DNA from: Sphagnum compactum
Taxonomy: Eukaryota
DNA length: 64,000 bases
Direction: 5' to 3'
Assembly (NCBI GenBank): GCA_965153455.1
Contig: OZ234494.1
Location: 7,378,001-7,442,000, forward strand
Below are positions 1 through 12,892 of the stretch, one piece after another. The number at the start of each line of letters is the position of its first letter. The first letter of the stretch is position 1. The notes beneath the pieces were generated by a model. It was not told where the DNA came from and did not search any database. It saw nothing but the letters and a program-made list of their open reading frames with translations. The translations under genes and the position numbers were made by a program.

Positions 1-764
1 CAACATCTTCAAGTCTCCTATGGTAAGCTGTCTTCAAGCAGCAGAGTTAATCAAAGCGTACCTGCAGTGTTAGTACCAATCTTCTTCATCAACCATGAAT
101 GGCTTCTAACAGTCTCCACACAAATGGAAAGGATCTGAAAAATTTTACTAACTGTCAAAACCAGGTTTTGTCAACAATGATGATGAAAAGGGAATACAAT
201 TAATGATATGCACAATTTGCTATATTACTGATCATTCAGTTTTGTGCAGTTTCTGGGATTGTGCTCCTGGCAGTCAGATCTCGACCTTCACTAATCAAGA
301 TGTCAATGTCTTTCCCAGGGGCCTCCTCCTCAAAACGCTTGTGAGCTGCAAAGCAGAACTCCAAATATCACCCACACTGGGAAATACCACTCAACCCAAC
401 CCTCACACTGGCCATCAACTTGACTTGACAACCCACTTAGGTGTGTTTCAACATTGTATAGATCGACTGATGGAATACACTCAATCCTGTCCGCGTAAGA
501 AATATCCTGAGGGAAATACTATGTGAGGGTGAGGTCATGAGACTCTCTAGGATGAAACATCAGTCAGACACACCCCTGAGTTGTCAGACGCACACCTGAG
601 TTTCTATCACATTTCCAGAAGCAGCAGGAAGACTGAATCCTGATGTTGGCTAGCACTCAAAAGACATATGCTAATTGTTGTAATATCATAATCTACCTGT
701 GGGATGGAAGGATTAGACAGGTCGTCAAGCTGATTTCTAATGTAAGTGGTGGCTATTGTTGTAC

Positions 765-3700
765 CTGCAGTGAAACGTGGTAAAATCACATCGATGAGAG
801 AGGCTGGAAGTTCATAGTCTTTGCAAATGCCATTCTCCAATTTGCTGAGCAGTTCCATCTTAAAATGGCGAGCCTACCATCCACCCATTGATGATTCATA
901 GATCAAGCACACTTTTTGTTCACGACTGAAGGATAGACCAAAATAACAATCAAATGTCCTATCTTGGTTGCAAGAACCTCCCAAACATTCAAGGACTACT
1001 AGGGTCCCAGTTCAAGGAAAACAGACCTCCTTTCTGACCATGAGAGTGAAAGCACGACCTGCCTGCCCTGCTCTTGCAGTGCGACCCACACGGTGAACAT
1101 AGGTTTTCACATAAACAGGAACATCATAATTCACAACATTGGCAATGCCTTCAACATCCATGCCCCGGGTAAGTGCATCGGATGCAACCATTACATGCAC
1201 TGTTCCTCTCCTGAATTCTTCTAACGCCTTCCTGCCAAGTAGCCCACATTTTAATGAATGGTTTCTTGCTGATAGTGGTTGGTGTTTATTTGAAACAAAA
1301 CAGACCTAACACATACTTGAACTTTTTCTCACTAACCTCCGAACAGTCTCACTCCCCTTGCTTGAATATTCTGCCACCACATGTGCTTCATCATTGTAGA
1401 AGCATCTCAGAAGAAGAAATAGCCTGTGAGTGGCCTCAACTGATGCTGTGAAGACAATGGTCCGCTGATCTCTAAACTGCTGCAAAAGTGCCACAAGAAA
1501 CAAAAGCTTTTCCCTTGCCCTACACACCTGCAAGAGTAGCAAACCCCAAGAATCAAGGGTGTATATGAATTCAAAGAGGGATCCTGAAACCATAGATCAG
1601 TTCAAAGCACATTTGATAACTCACAAGCAAGCGTTCAGATTACATTGTCCTTACCAGTCTGAAGGTTTGAAGACCTTTGGGTAGCTGATAACGGTTTTCA
1701 TCTGCACTTGGAGCTATGTAGGTAGGGCAGTAAAGGTCAAGCTGAGCAATTTTAGCAGGGTGCCGAGTCAATGTTGCAGACAACACCATCTTCAAAACCC
1801 TTGGGTGCACCCTTCCTTTCATCCCTCGCTCCAAGCACCTGCCACAAGGTTGGAACACGTGGTTAAGAATATACAAAAAAGGGTTAGGGTAGTACTTTTG
1901 AGAACCACCTGGGATGATGACAGTCAATAGACCAAAATCATTGTTCAAGAAAGTTCCAATACTAATTGGAGACTTGAATCTTCATCATTTGTAAAGAGTT
2001 GATTAGTGAGCAGTAGCTTACCATTGCCTTCTAGTGAGGACCGAACCGAGTTTAGGAGAGCCTTTTATAGCAGAGTTTGCGACCTCATGAACAGGAGGAG
2101 CTTGGATCACTTGCAACACATTGGGTAGCCAGTCTTGATAAGCTTGCCGGAGTAGCCTATCGGTCTCATCAACCACCTACAAACACTCCCTAAGTATGCA
2201 TTTAAGACTTGCAGAGCCAAAATCTGGCATGCATGAATGCATTTGTCAGCCATCAGTTCCTCTGCTATGCCACAGGTACAACCCTCAACTACCTCTCAAG
2301 ATATCTGCCATACTCACAAATTTTTCAGGCTGGCATACCTGCAGTACAACACATGACTGTTTACATTTTGCAGTGCAGGAAGATCCAACAGGGTTGGCTC
2401 TATTATTTGCTTAAAATTCACAAGTGTAGATCCCTTGTGTATGAACCACTGAAGAATAGCACCTACCAAGTTTAAGTAGGAGCAGTTACCCCATCTTAGC
2501 AGCATGACATTTTCTTACACCTTCTGGACAAGTGTAAAGTTTTCTAAATCCATGATATCCAAACAAGTTTGATAACAGGTGATGCCACCTACAAGGTACT
2601 GAAGGTCTTCAATGGTGAACCCCGGGGTGCTCCGAAAATGGTCCATCAAACGACCAGGTGTGGCTACCAGAATGTCAACTCGACTTGCCACATTTGCTTT
2701 CTGACAATGTTCCAAAGTCCCAAAACTATGGACCATCTTTTTGCTGACCTCCACAAGCTCTGCCGCCTCTGTAGCAATTGAGGTCTGGCCAACAGCAAGG
2801 CCCACAGAGAGGCCCACTGCTGGTGCTATCATATCAAATACAGCCTTCACCTGACACTCACATCATGAAGGATTCAGGTACTTCCAAAGCTCAGAAGCTT
2901 TTCATTTGGTATCTGCAAAATCTGAATGCTTGTGCCCTAATCCTTTCACATACTTTGTGCCAATATCCCTCTTCTTCATCCCTACCATTGCAGTCTGTCC
3001 AGAGAGAATTCTGCATAATCTATGCAAGGTCTGAAACTCTGTATTTCAGTTTCTATAACTGACATAACCTTCTGTAAAACAAAGCTTATAAATTGTTACT
3101 ATACACGGCTTTCTTCATACAAACTATGGGGAGCTCAGGTTTCAGGTTGAAGACCTGCATTGCAAGGTCTCGAGTAGGAAGAACAACAAGTGCACGGAGG
3201 CGGCGGAGGACCCGAGTGGAAAGCATTTGAACAATAGGCAACGCATAAGAAAGAGTCTTGCCACTGCCTGTTGGCGAAGACACACAAATGTCTCGATCAC
3301 CACCACCCGGTCCCATCACTTGCTGCCAAACCGCAACCTGGACTGGAAACAGCACATCTATTGCAGCTGATTGCAACGCCTCCTTCAGCCTGTCAAGAAA
3401 GGATACCCATTGCCCATCTCAATCGCTCAGGAGGACTTCAGGTTAGTATCTGTTGCTTCAAGGAAAAAACAACATACTAACCCTAAATCTGAACGCCTGC
3501 CTCATGCTTCTTCTTCAGTGCATTTTATTGATACATCATACTTGGGTGGGTTCTCTGGACCATGGAGATTACGAACAAGAGAACCCTAAACCCTAAAAGC
3601 TTATATCCCTAACTAGATCAGCAGCGTGAAATCAAATACCTTGAGGAGCAAACTGATCGTTTTTACCTTGAATCCAAACAAGGAATTTGCGCGACAGGCA

Positions 3701-3980
3701 GGGAATCAAGAATGCCAATCTCGATAGGACTGCGCATCCATGGAAGTACCGGCGGTCCCTTTGTATTAGCCACCACCACCCCTATCTCAGGTACTGAGGC
3801 GCCCTTCATAGCCTCCGGCAGTATTACTTCTTGGTGGTGGTTGTTGTTATCATCTGGCCTTGGGTCTTCTTGTATCATCCGGGTACCTCCTTCTCCATCA
3901 TTTCCTTCTTCTTTTTCTCTTGCATTCTTCTCTCCACCTCTGCTCATTGCTCTCGCTTCAAGAAGCTTCCTCTTCTTCAT
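765..3980 (-). CDS. DEAD-box ATP-dependent RNA helicase, RH1/DDX51 (Dbp6)-like; 8 exons visible (3980-3667, 3389-3155, 2850-2593, 2176-2022, 1838-1655, 1527-1337, 1231-1027, 873-765); last exon not found, probably left of the window
   Basis: Q motif LFPVQ, motif I SPTGSGKT, Ia PTRDLA, Ib TPGRL, motif II DETD, III SAT, V SDALTRGMD, VI HRVGRTARAG. All introns are GT-AG and the frame is continuous across junctions. The DETD variant and N-terminal VLPWMRSP match my recollection of plant RH1. Confidence 0.93.
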
Positions 3981-4242
3981 TCTAGTCTTTCAAACTTAAA
4001 AGAGCTTTCCGAATTGACTGACCATCATCATCAGTGCACAACACTTGTTCTTCTCTTCGTCAAATAAAATATCTTCTTTGCCATGAAAAATCCCGCACTC
4101 TTCTTCAACCGCTTATTCCGAAACGGAAAATAGAAGCATGGGAATTCCGACGACGACGACGAACTTTCCTCGTCCTCCAAAATCTCATTTAAAAACAAAC
4201 ATTTCTTCTAATCGTCTCCTTCTTCTTCAAGCCCCTTTGTTA

Positions 4243-4333
4243 AAACCCTAAACCCTAAAACCTTTTAGATTAGGGTTTTAGGGTTTTGAAGGAGGAGACG
4301 ATTTGAAGATTCCTCAATCTTCAAAACCCTAAA
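4243..4333. promoter_or_regulatory. Telo-box (AAACCCTA) cluster upstream of the helicase; further copies in intron 1 near 3582-3596
   Basis: Several AAACCCTA/TAGGGTTT copies about 260-350 bp upstream of the ATG. Telo-boxes are typical of plant ribosome-biogenesis genes. Confidence 0.7.
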
Positions 4334-5759
4334 CCCCCCGAGCCTCAAACTGCTCATATAAAAACCTTGTGACCCTATTCTCTCGGGTATCAGGCTTTTT
4401 ATGGTGCCCTCCGGTTCTTGGAATTTTGTCAGGTCGGCTGTGAAAAGCCTGATCAGGACCTTGCAACCGACAAACCCGGTGGGGGGAGGACCTTATGACC
4501 AATGTTGGGCGGTTCTCAGGTTTTTTAGGACCCATCAGGTCCAAGTTTCAGAAGAGTTTATAAGATTCGCCCTGGATCTTTAATTTATTTTTAATTTATT
4601 TTTCAAGAGACCCAGGTCTCAAAATTAGCATGTTTATTAATTATGATTTTTTAAAATGTTAAATAAAATCCAAAAATTCTAGATTAATATTCCATTTATT
4701 ATTACATCATTATTCAAAATTCCCCCCTTTTAGACTATTTACTTATTTGAACAATTGTGAGTAATAATTGAAAACATGATAATTATATTTTATTGTCATT
4801 TTTTAATGAATTTTTAAAAATAAGAACATGAATTTTTTTTCATGTTACCATTACCATGTCATTAAAAAATAAAAGTTATAATTATGTGTCAAAATATTGA
4901 GAAAAATATTTTCGCACAGGTCTCAAAGTGCTATGTCTCACATTTCAAACCCATCGGTATTCAAATGTGATTTTCATGAATGAATGAGCATTCAAGGGGG
5001 TGAAACCTAGAAAACCATCAATTTTGGTGATAAACTAAGGATCACTTTAGAGAAGGGTCTAAGGAATAGGGTCTAATGAAATCAAACATTCTTATTGATC
5101 AATAGATTTAAAACTGGTCTCAAGACCCTTAGACAAGGGTTTAGGACCAAGACAAATCAAATTGTGGTTTAGCCTACATGGCATCATTTTGGAGGAAAAC
5201 CAATTTGTTTGGACCCAAAACAAAAAAAATTTAATGGAAAATTTGTGGTTTGGAGAACCAATGTGAAAGCTAGGGTCCAAGGTTGTTCGTTTATTTGTTT
5301 TGTTTTTTCTTTTTTTTTCTTTTTCATTGGTTTTTTACCCTTGATGTTTAAATTTGTGTGAGAATAAAAAGACGTGTTATGGATTAAGGACATTGTTGAA
5401 AACACACCAACTTCACCATTTTTGACCAATTGTAAAGTTAACATAGTTAGATTTGTGAATCCTCATCTCTTTAGGGGAAGGGAAAAGACTTAACCACCAA
5501 GCCATCTTTATTGGTTTTGTCTTCCATAAGCATTGTGGGAACACCTTTTGAGTGGATATAAGGGTCAAAGAATTAAAAGTTGGTTGAGTGAATAATGTTA
5601 TAGGTTTGCGTGTAAGTTTTTTTTATTGGCCCAAGCTAATGGGCGGGCATGTGTAGATTTTGGGTGCACCCATCCAATTGATGGGTTGTTTTGAAGTCTA
5701 CCCATTTACTTGTTGAGTTTTTTCTCCAAATATGAATGTTGAGTAACTAATTTAATCAT

Positions 5760-5763
<4 letters not shown>

Positions 5764-5803
<40 letters not shown>
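5764..5803. repeat. (TA)n microsatellite
   Basis: About 20 consecutive TA units. Confidence 0.95.
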
Positions 5804-5807
<4 letters not shown>

Positions 5808-7289
5808 TTTTTTGGGGTTGTCATTTGCCTTTTTGTATCACAAGGTTTCATATCACTATGAAATGTAAAAAAAATTCATATGAGCAATTTTTTAAATGAA
5901 TTTTTTTTTATAAACATACAAATATTTAGCTTCAATTCCTTTAAATCTTATGAAAATGAGATTTAAAATATTATGCAAGAATTGATTAAAATTAAAAAAT
6001 TCAATTTTAAAATAATTATAAATTTTAATATAAATTTCATTTTTGAAAAATAAATGTGTTTAATTAATTTGATGTTATTTTTAAATTTTCAATAAAGTTT
6101 TGATGAAAATTTAATAACAAAAATCACAAGGAAATAAAATTTTAATTGATTTTTAAAATATTGTTGTTGTTGTTTATGTTATTAAAATTTATTATTGCCT
6201 TAAGATAGTAGACATGCATGTATGATTTTAGGTTTTACCAAGCATGCATGGGGCAAACACAACTAGTTTATAAAGTTGGGCGGGGGTGCATAGGGGTTTA
6301 CAGGTGAAAATTTAAGGAAAGCAAAAGGGTTAAGGTATTTAGTTTTTTTCCCTTTCTCATGGGTTTGTTTTTTATTATGGGGTCTCAATGGGTATAAGGA
6401 GTGGATAATTCAATTAGATTGAAAGAATTACAAGTTGTAAATGGATCTTTAAGAAAAGGGGATGAAAGGTTTTTTTTTTTTTTTAATTAAAAAAAAATTG
6501 TGCGGGGAAGGGAAGATGGGGGTAATTCTACCCTTTTGCAAATGAATTTTCTTTTTAAGGGATTGGGAGAGGTGAATTTTTTTTGGGATGAAGACTAACC
6601 CAAGGGTTTGTTTCTTGGGTAACATGGGAGGGAGAAGTTTGGTTGTTTTTCAAGGCAAGAAGGTGGGATTTTTTTAAATTTTTCATGGAATTATTTTTTT
6701 GGTGGTGTGAGATGGGGTGGTTGGAGAAAGGGGGTGGATTTATTCTTTTTGCTTTCTTTTGGTGATTTAATGAAATTTTCTTCTTAAAAAATATTTTATA
6801 AATTTGTATTAAATTTTTTTTGGGAATGGAACATTTCAACACAAAAATTTTGATTTTAAAATTTTAACAAAAAGAACAAACAATATTTTGTTTAAAACTA
6901 AACATTTAATATATCTAACCAAAAAAGGAAAAAAATCAATTTTGATTTTTGTGTGTCTAAATTTTTTTATGTTGAAAATAATGGTTAAATAATGGAGAAA
7001 AATTTAAGGTTCATGTATTAATATCTTTCAAATCCAGGTTGAGATATTTAAGGTTCGGGTGTAAGCATGAGGTGCATAATTAAAATTCATAAGATGCTAA
7101 AGGTATTGATGTCTTGTTCATTATTAAACCATAATTTAATCACCAAACCATGGATATCATCTTTTCTTGTTAAATTGAAATCTAGCATAATCAAAATTAT
7201 TTAAAATCAATATAAAGTAAAAAAAGGTTTACGTATAAGTTTAAAGTTAGGTCTTTTGTCCAATATATAAAAATAACAATGTATCGTCA

Positions 7290-7640
7290 TTCGCGACCTA
7301 GGGTGGAGACCACCTGGTGAACACCATGTGGTCTCTAAGCAAAAAAAAAGAAAAAAAACACATGGCGACCACTAAGTGGTCCCTTGTAATCTAGGGTCGA
7401 AACCACTTCATGGCCATAGGTGGTCTCTAGCCCCCCCAAAAAAAAACACCAATTGGTGGCCACCAAATGGTCTTCAGGTGAAACGAAAAAAAACCACCTA
7501 GTGGCCACCATGTGGTCTCTAGGTGAAAATAAAAAGAAAAGAAAAAGACATTTAATGGCCACCAAGTGGTCCCTTGTAATACAAGGTCGACTTTTGGTTT
7601 TCACTTGGGTAGTAAAAAAATTCGAGTGGCCACTTGAGTT
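7290..7640. repeat. Array of palindromic GACCAC-n-GTGGTC motifs separated by A-runs, probably transposon subterminal repeats
   Basis: Recurrent units such as gaccacctggtg, caccatgtggtc, gaccactaagtggtc, ccaccaagtggtc. Confidence 0.7.
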
Positions 7641-8029
7641 TAATGTAAAAACAAAATAAAAACAACCATTTGATTCTCCTGTCCTTAAGGAGGGGAGAAC
7701 CGAATGGCCACATAATTTTCTCTACTTAAATGGCCTATAAAAAATAAAATACATTGAGATGATTTTTTTTTACTGGAATTTTTTAAAGAACAAAAATCCA
7801 TGCTAACTTATATACTAGACATAGAGTACAATGTTGCTACTAAAAATGAAAAAGTTGTCTTTATATAGTTCAATGGAATTCATTTTGGGATAAAGAATAT
7901 GGGATAAAATGGTTGGAGTGTGTTTGTTCAAAGAACATATTGTAATTTCAATATGGTAAGGTAGATAAATATGTGAAAAATATTTGTAAATAAAGTTTTA
8001 TAACTTTGTCCACATTGGTCAATAGCCTT

Positions 8030-8350
8030 TGAACATTCAAAGGATTTTGTAACTCCTTTCTTGGTGCCTCTAATGTCACACAAATCATTGGAATTGGTTA
8101 AAAAATGAGCAAGATATGGCTTATGGAAATGAAGGGGGTGAAAATGTAAGGTTTAAACATTAAAAAAATAGTTTAAATTTTTTTTTAAAGCCTATATGTA
8201 TATGTATATATATATACACACACACACATTGGTCTAATGTTTTTGCATTTCAAAGATCATTTTTAAAGCTTCAAATTTCACACCCATAGCTTTTAAGTTC
8301 ACTCAAAACAAATAAGAAATGAAAGAGATATATGGATTGAAAGAAGAAGG
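8030..8350 (-). mobile_element. Diverged, inverted relative of the internal part of the MITE at 40283-40881
   Basis: Motifs such as ggtgcctctaatg..caaatcattggaattggttaaaaaatgagcaag and aaataagaaatgaaagag are reverse-complement-like to 40520-40800. Confidence 0.5.
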
Positions 8351-8650
8351 TATATTGTTTTTTTTTCATGTTTGAATGACCTTTTCTTCTTGATATTTCT
8401 TTTGTTGTTATTAATTTTTATCTTGTTATTTGTCTTTTCTTTGGGTATTAATTCTTTAAATTGTTACATTTCCATAACATCCTTTATTATGCACTTCTTA
8501 TGCATTTCATTCTTTTTATTTACATACTATGTGTATGTGTGTGTATGGTTTTATTTCTTCCTTGATTGATTTTATTTTTTTCCGCATTTTCTTTATGTTT
8601 ATGTTCATCTTCATTTAACTTTTTGTTTTAACATATTGTCTTTCTTTTAG

Positions 8651-9050
8651 GTGACTAAGGTGTTGTCCATAACTAACCCTGATGAGCCTCCATTTCAAAA
8701 AGTATGTGGAAATTGTTATATAGTTGATGTCATTATTTCTTCAACGAGTGGTGTTCATTGTAAAGCTTGTCGTTCAAAATCAACGATTCAAAAATTAGGC
8801 TTTTTTCGTGGTTCCATTACAACCAATGATGAACCTGTGTTATGAACTATTAAGGGCACATGACATGAAATTATTGTGCATATGATAGAATCTGAATTCT
8901 TATATTTGCCTTGTTTAAAATAAGTTCAACTTTTCATTTCAATTTGCATTCATGGTAAATTTTGATTATCAACCACATCTGCCCTTGTTGGCTTTCAAGA
9001 AAACATCCAACAATTTATCCTTCAAGCGGAAACCAATTTGAAGGGCGAAG
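8651..9050 (+). pseudogene. Decayed exon with a CxxC...CxxC zinc ribbon, possibly an RPA1-like OB-fold fragment from a Helitron
   Basis: Follows a pyrimidine-rich acceptor (tttcttttag). Reads VTKVLSITNPDEPPFQKVCGNC...HCKAC, then stops. Confidence 0.35.
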
Positions 9051-9394
9051 GTTTAGTTGTTCCTTTGACAATTATTCCTAATGATAATGTCCAACATAGT
9101 GTGAAACATTTGAGTTTAATTTTAATGAATCAAAATCAATTTCTAGATAAAAACCTTCTTAGACATTAAGGTTGCTGATAATTTTTATGTGACTTTTTTA
9201 TAGTTACTTTTAGTATACAAATAATTTATATGTGTGGAAACTCTCCATATCAAAATTTTGGTTTAATTACCCTTATCAAATAATCATTTTCATAATTTTT
9301 CTCTAGAGGAAAAAGAAAGTACCCATCCATCAATTTGCATCATGTGCTGAAAAAAATTTAAATGCAACATTTTGTATGTGAAGCAATTATTCAA

Positions 9395-9745
9395 TGAATT
9401 TTTTTTTCAATGGAAGTAGTTTTTTCAATAAAAGTAGTTTTTCAATGCAAATAGTTTTTTCAATGAAAATCATTTTCATTGTAAGTAGTTTTTTTCAATG
9501 AAAGTAGTTTTTCAATGCGAACAATTTTTTAATGCAAGTAATTTTTTCAATGAAAGCAATTTGCAATGAAAATAATTTTTCAATGCAAATGATTTTCCAA
9601 TATACAAAGTTTTTTAATGCAAATAATTTTTCAATGCACTTGTAGTTTTAATGAAAATAAATTTTCAATGCATGCAAATTTTTAATGCAAATACTTTTTT
9701 GATTTAAATTTTTTTCAATGTTAGCAACTTTCCAATTCAATTTTT
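9395..9745. repeat. Degenerate ~20-bp minisatellite (TTTTTCAATGMAAGTAGT-like)
   Basis: About 15 tandem copies of ttttcaatg followed by aaagtag/caaataa. Confidence 0.9.
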
Positions 9746-10649
9746 TTTTCCATCTAAGCAATTTCCCAATATAAATTTAAAAAAAAAAAACTAAGAGTAA
9801 ATAGTATTGAATGGATCAATGATTTTTTCTTTTTTAATGTGTTTATGTGGGAACCATGTTTTTGTTTTATATAGATATCCATTAAATTGAAGTTCATAAT
9901 AATGGAAACACCTTTATGAAATCTTCTTGATTCATCATTTGAACATGTATTCCATTCATATCATTCATATGGCTTTCATCTAATTTCAACATACAAATAT
10001 GAAATAATAATTTTTTTAAAAATTATATATCTTATTTATTGGATAATCAATTATCATCTCTTGAATTGAGGCAAAATAACATGACACATGTTTATATCAA
10101 TGTTTATTATTGAATATAAAAAACCCAACAATGTCATATTTGATAATTAAATCCAAGTTTTTTCTTTGATTTGCATCAAGGCATGGTCACAAATGAACAT
10201 CAATATGTGACAAAAATGACATTAAGTGGTAGTATGGGAGATTTGTGGGGGAGATTTCACTACAATATTTTGGATAGTTAAACATCTACAAAGGCCAATT
10301 TACATTTAGAATAAAATATTTAAAACGCATTATGTCTTGATGTGGCATGGATTTTCAATCTCTCCCCTTACATATACCATACAATTTTCAATGTTTTGAA
10401 CTAATTCAACATGTTAATGGTGTATTTGGTTCTTTGCCTACTTTTCAAGTTAATGATCCCAAAGTTACCATAGTTTTATATTGTTTTCCATCTATTTCGG
10501 AATTAGTGGTGCAACAACCTCCTATTCAATTATCACAATTAACTACACATTGTTCCTCACAAACTAAGTTCCAACTTCAAAACTTTCCTCATGCGTTTTT
10601 TTTCTTAGTTTTTATATTTGTAAACAATTCAAGTACATGGTTCACTAGA

Positions 10650-12625
10650 TAATTAGTTAATCATTTATTTAATATTGATTAAATTTAACATATATTTAAA
10701 ATATAAATTATACACTACAAATAATAAGTATTCATTATCAATTATTTGAATAACTAATAAGTTTTTAATATTTAACTAATTAGCTATTTAGTTATTCATA
10801 ACTTATCAATACATAATTTACAGATAAATAATTAATTCAAATATTTTTAAATATTTCCTTATTTTTCAAAATCTGATCAAATTATAGATAGTAAAATTAA
10901 TGTATAAATAATTTTATTATTCTACCAAAAAATTATTATAAATATTTATTTTCGAATCATAAATAATAAACTAACAATTAGAATTAAAAATAAATTCTTA
11001 CACAAATTATTTATTCTTAAAATAATATTAAACTGTTATATATCAATTATTATGTAATTACATTTATTATTGTAGAAAAAACTGTTAATTTTTTTAAATT
11101 GGTAATTATTAAAATTAAATAAAAAATTTCTGAACATAAATTAGATTTTCTAATTACTATAATATTAATATAAAAATATTTCTCATAAACTAATACTTGC
11201 AGATGTTTTAAAAACAATTATCGTATAATAATTCCTATAATTATAATCATTACAATAATTATTTTAACTACATTATAAGTTTTCCAAAATTTTAATTCAG
11301 ATTTAAATTTATAAATTACATATTGTGAATAATTATATTCAATTATAAGTAATTATGAAATTACAATAATTAATTCTTATCAATAATTACAATGATTTTA
11401 AAATAATGTAACATTATTTCCAGTAATTGATTTATTTTAATATAAGTATATAAAATATATGATATATAAATCCATGTTTTCATATAACTATTTAGTGTAA
11501 CTTATAGTTAATAAATATAATTGATAATTATTTATAAAAAAGATATATTATGGACAAATAGTTACTAGAAATAAATGTTTTAATTTATTATATTATACTC
11601 CCATGTATTTTTGGTCATAACATTAACTCAATTAAATTATGATATTTTAGAAAATTAATTAAAAAATAATTTTATAATTTACAAATTATAATAATAAAGT
11701 TAAATTATAAATTAATTATGCAAGCATTGTAATTTTAATTTACAAATAAATTAAATACTTACATTGAATTTATGTTATTATAGAATATTAATTATGAATT
11801 AAGAATTTATGTTTTCATGTTAATAATTTAGTGTAAATAAGTAAATAATGAATAATAAATATAATTATTTAGTGTATTTTTGTTTTAAAATATAATAATG
11901 ACATCAACTTTGCTCATTAATTTTAAATTTATTATAAAGTTTTGAAATAAAAATCTTATTTATAGGGCATAACTTCTCAATTAGGATCTGAGGTTTAATT
12001 AATATTATTAAAAAAATCGTTGTAAATACAATAATTTTTTTTAATGATTAAGAACTATCATTTTAATTAATTTGAAATTTTATGTTGGAATATTATTTAT
12101 TAATTTTAAATAATAAATAATAAATATTATTTTAGAATTTCAGTAAAATTATTCTTGAATTTTATGACGTGGTAACAATTATATATTGTAAATACATAAT
12201 TAAATATTCTAGTATATTGCGATTTAATTTTTTAAATTTTGAAAATGAAATTAATTCATTTATTTATAGTGGAAATATTTTAATTTAAAAATTTAAAATT
12301 ATGAATAATTTAGCTGAATTATAAATTATGTGTATATTATAATTAATGTAGAAGTAAAGTAATTATTATGATTTATAATAATTACACATTAATTACATTA
12401 ATTTTATTTTATTTAAAATATTAAAATATTTAGTATAATAGCTTATGTTGGAATATATTAATTCATTTGAAATTATAATCATTTAATGTAATAAATTAGT
12501 ATAAATATAATAATCCTATCAATGACTTTAATTATAATAAAAGTACTATGAATATTTTGAATATTAAATTAAAATATAAATTAAAAGTTATGAATATTAA
12601 GTTTAATCATAAATCAAGTAAAATA
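10650..12625. other. Extremely AT-rich non-repetitive block
   Basis: About 2 kb with very few G/C, fairly sharp edges, no ORF of 60 aa or more and no simple periodicity. Confidence 0.8.
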
Positions 12626-12634
12626 TTAGAATAG

Positions 12635-12892
12635 ACATGTCAATTGCAAACAAGCACCACTTCGTTTGCAATTAATGGGACTTTAGATAGTTACTTTTGG
12701 ATGATAAATCCATCTGACATATAAATGTAAACCAATTTAGTCGGAGACTAGTCATAAGTTATCGTAGGTGACTTGGTTGATGTCAACACGATGTCACATT
12801 GATCAAAAAGGGCAAAATTTTAATTGTAAAAACCAAATAATTGTAGGTAGTTATAAATGCATTAGTCACATATTGGCCTTTTTCTTCTGGTG
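12635..12892. mobile_element. CACTA-like element terminus abutting the Gypsy integrase
   Basis: Ends TTTTTCTTCTGGTG at 12892, one mismatch from the TTTTTCTTCTAGTG end at 31212. It shares ttttaattgYaaa and ttagtcg/cgactaa subterminal motifs with 31000-31212. Confidence 0.55.

Noticed and set aside
203..526. 107-aa + strand ORF
   Set aside because: It is antisense within a helicase intron and has no recognisable motif.
3582..4333. Interstitial telomere
   Set aside because: Only one or two units at a time near a gene start, which fits telo-box elements better.
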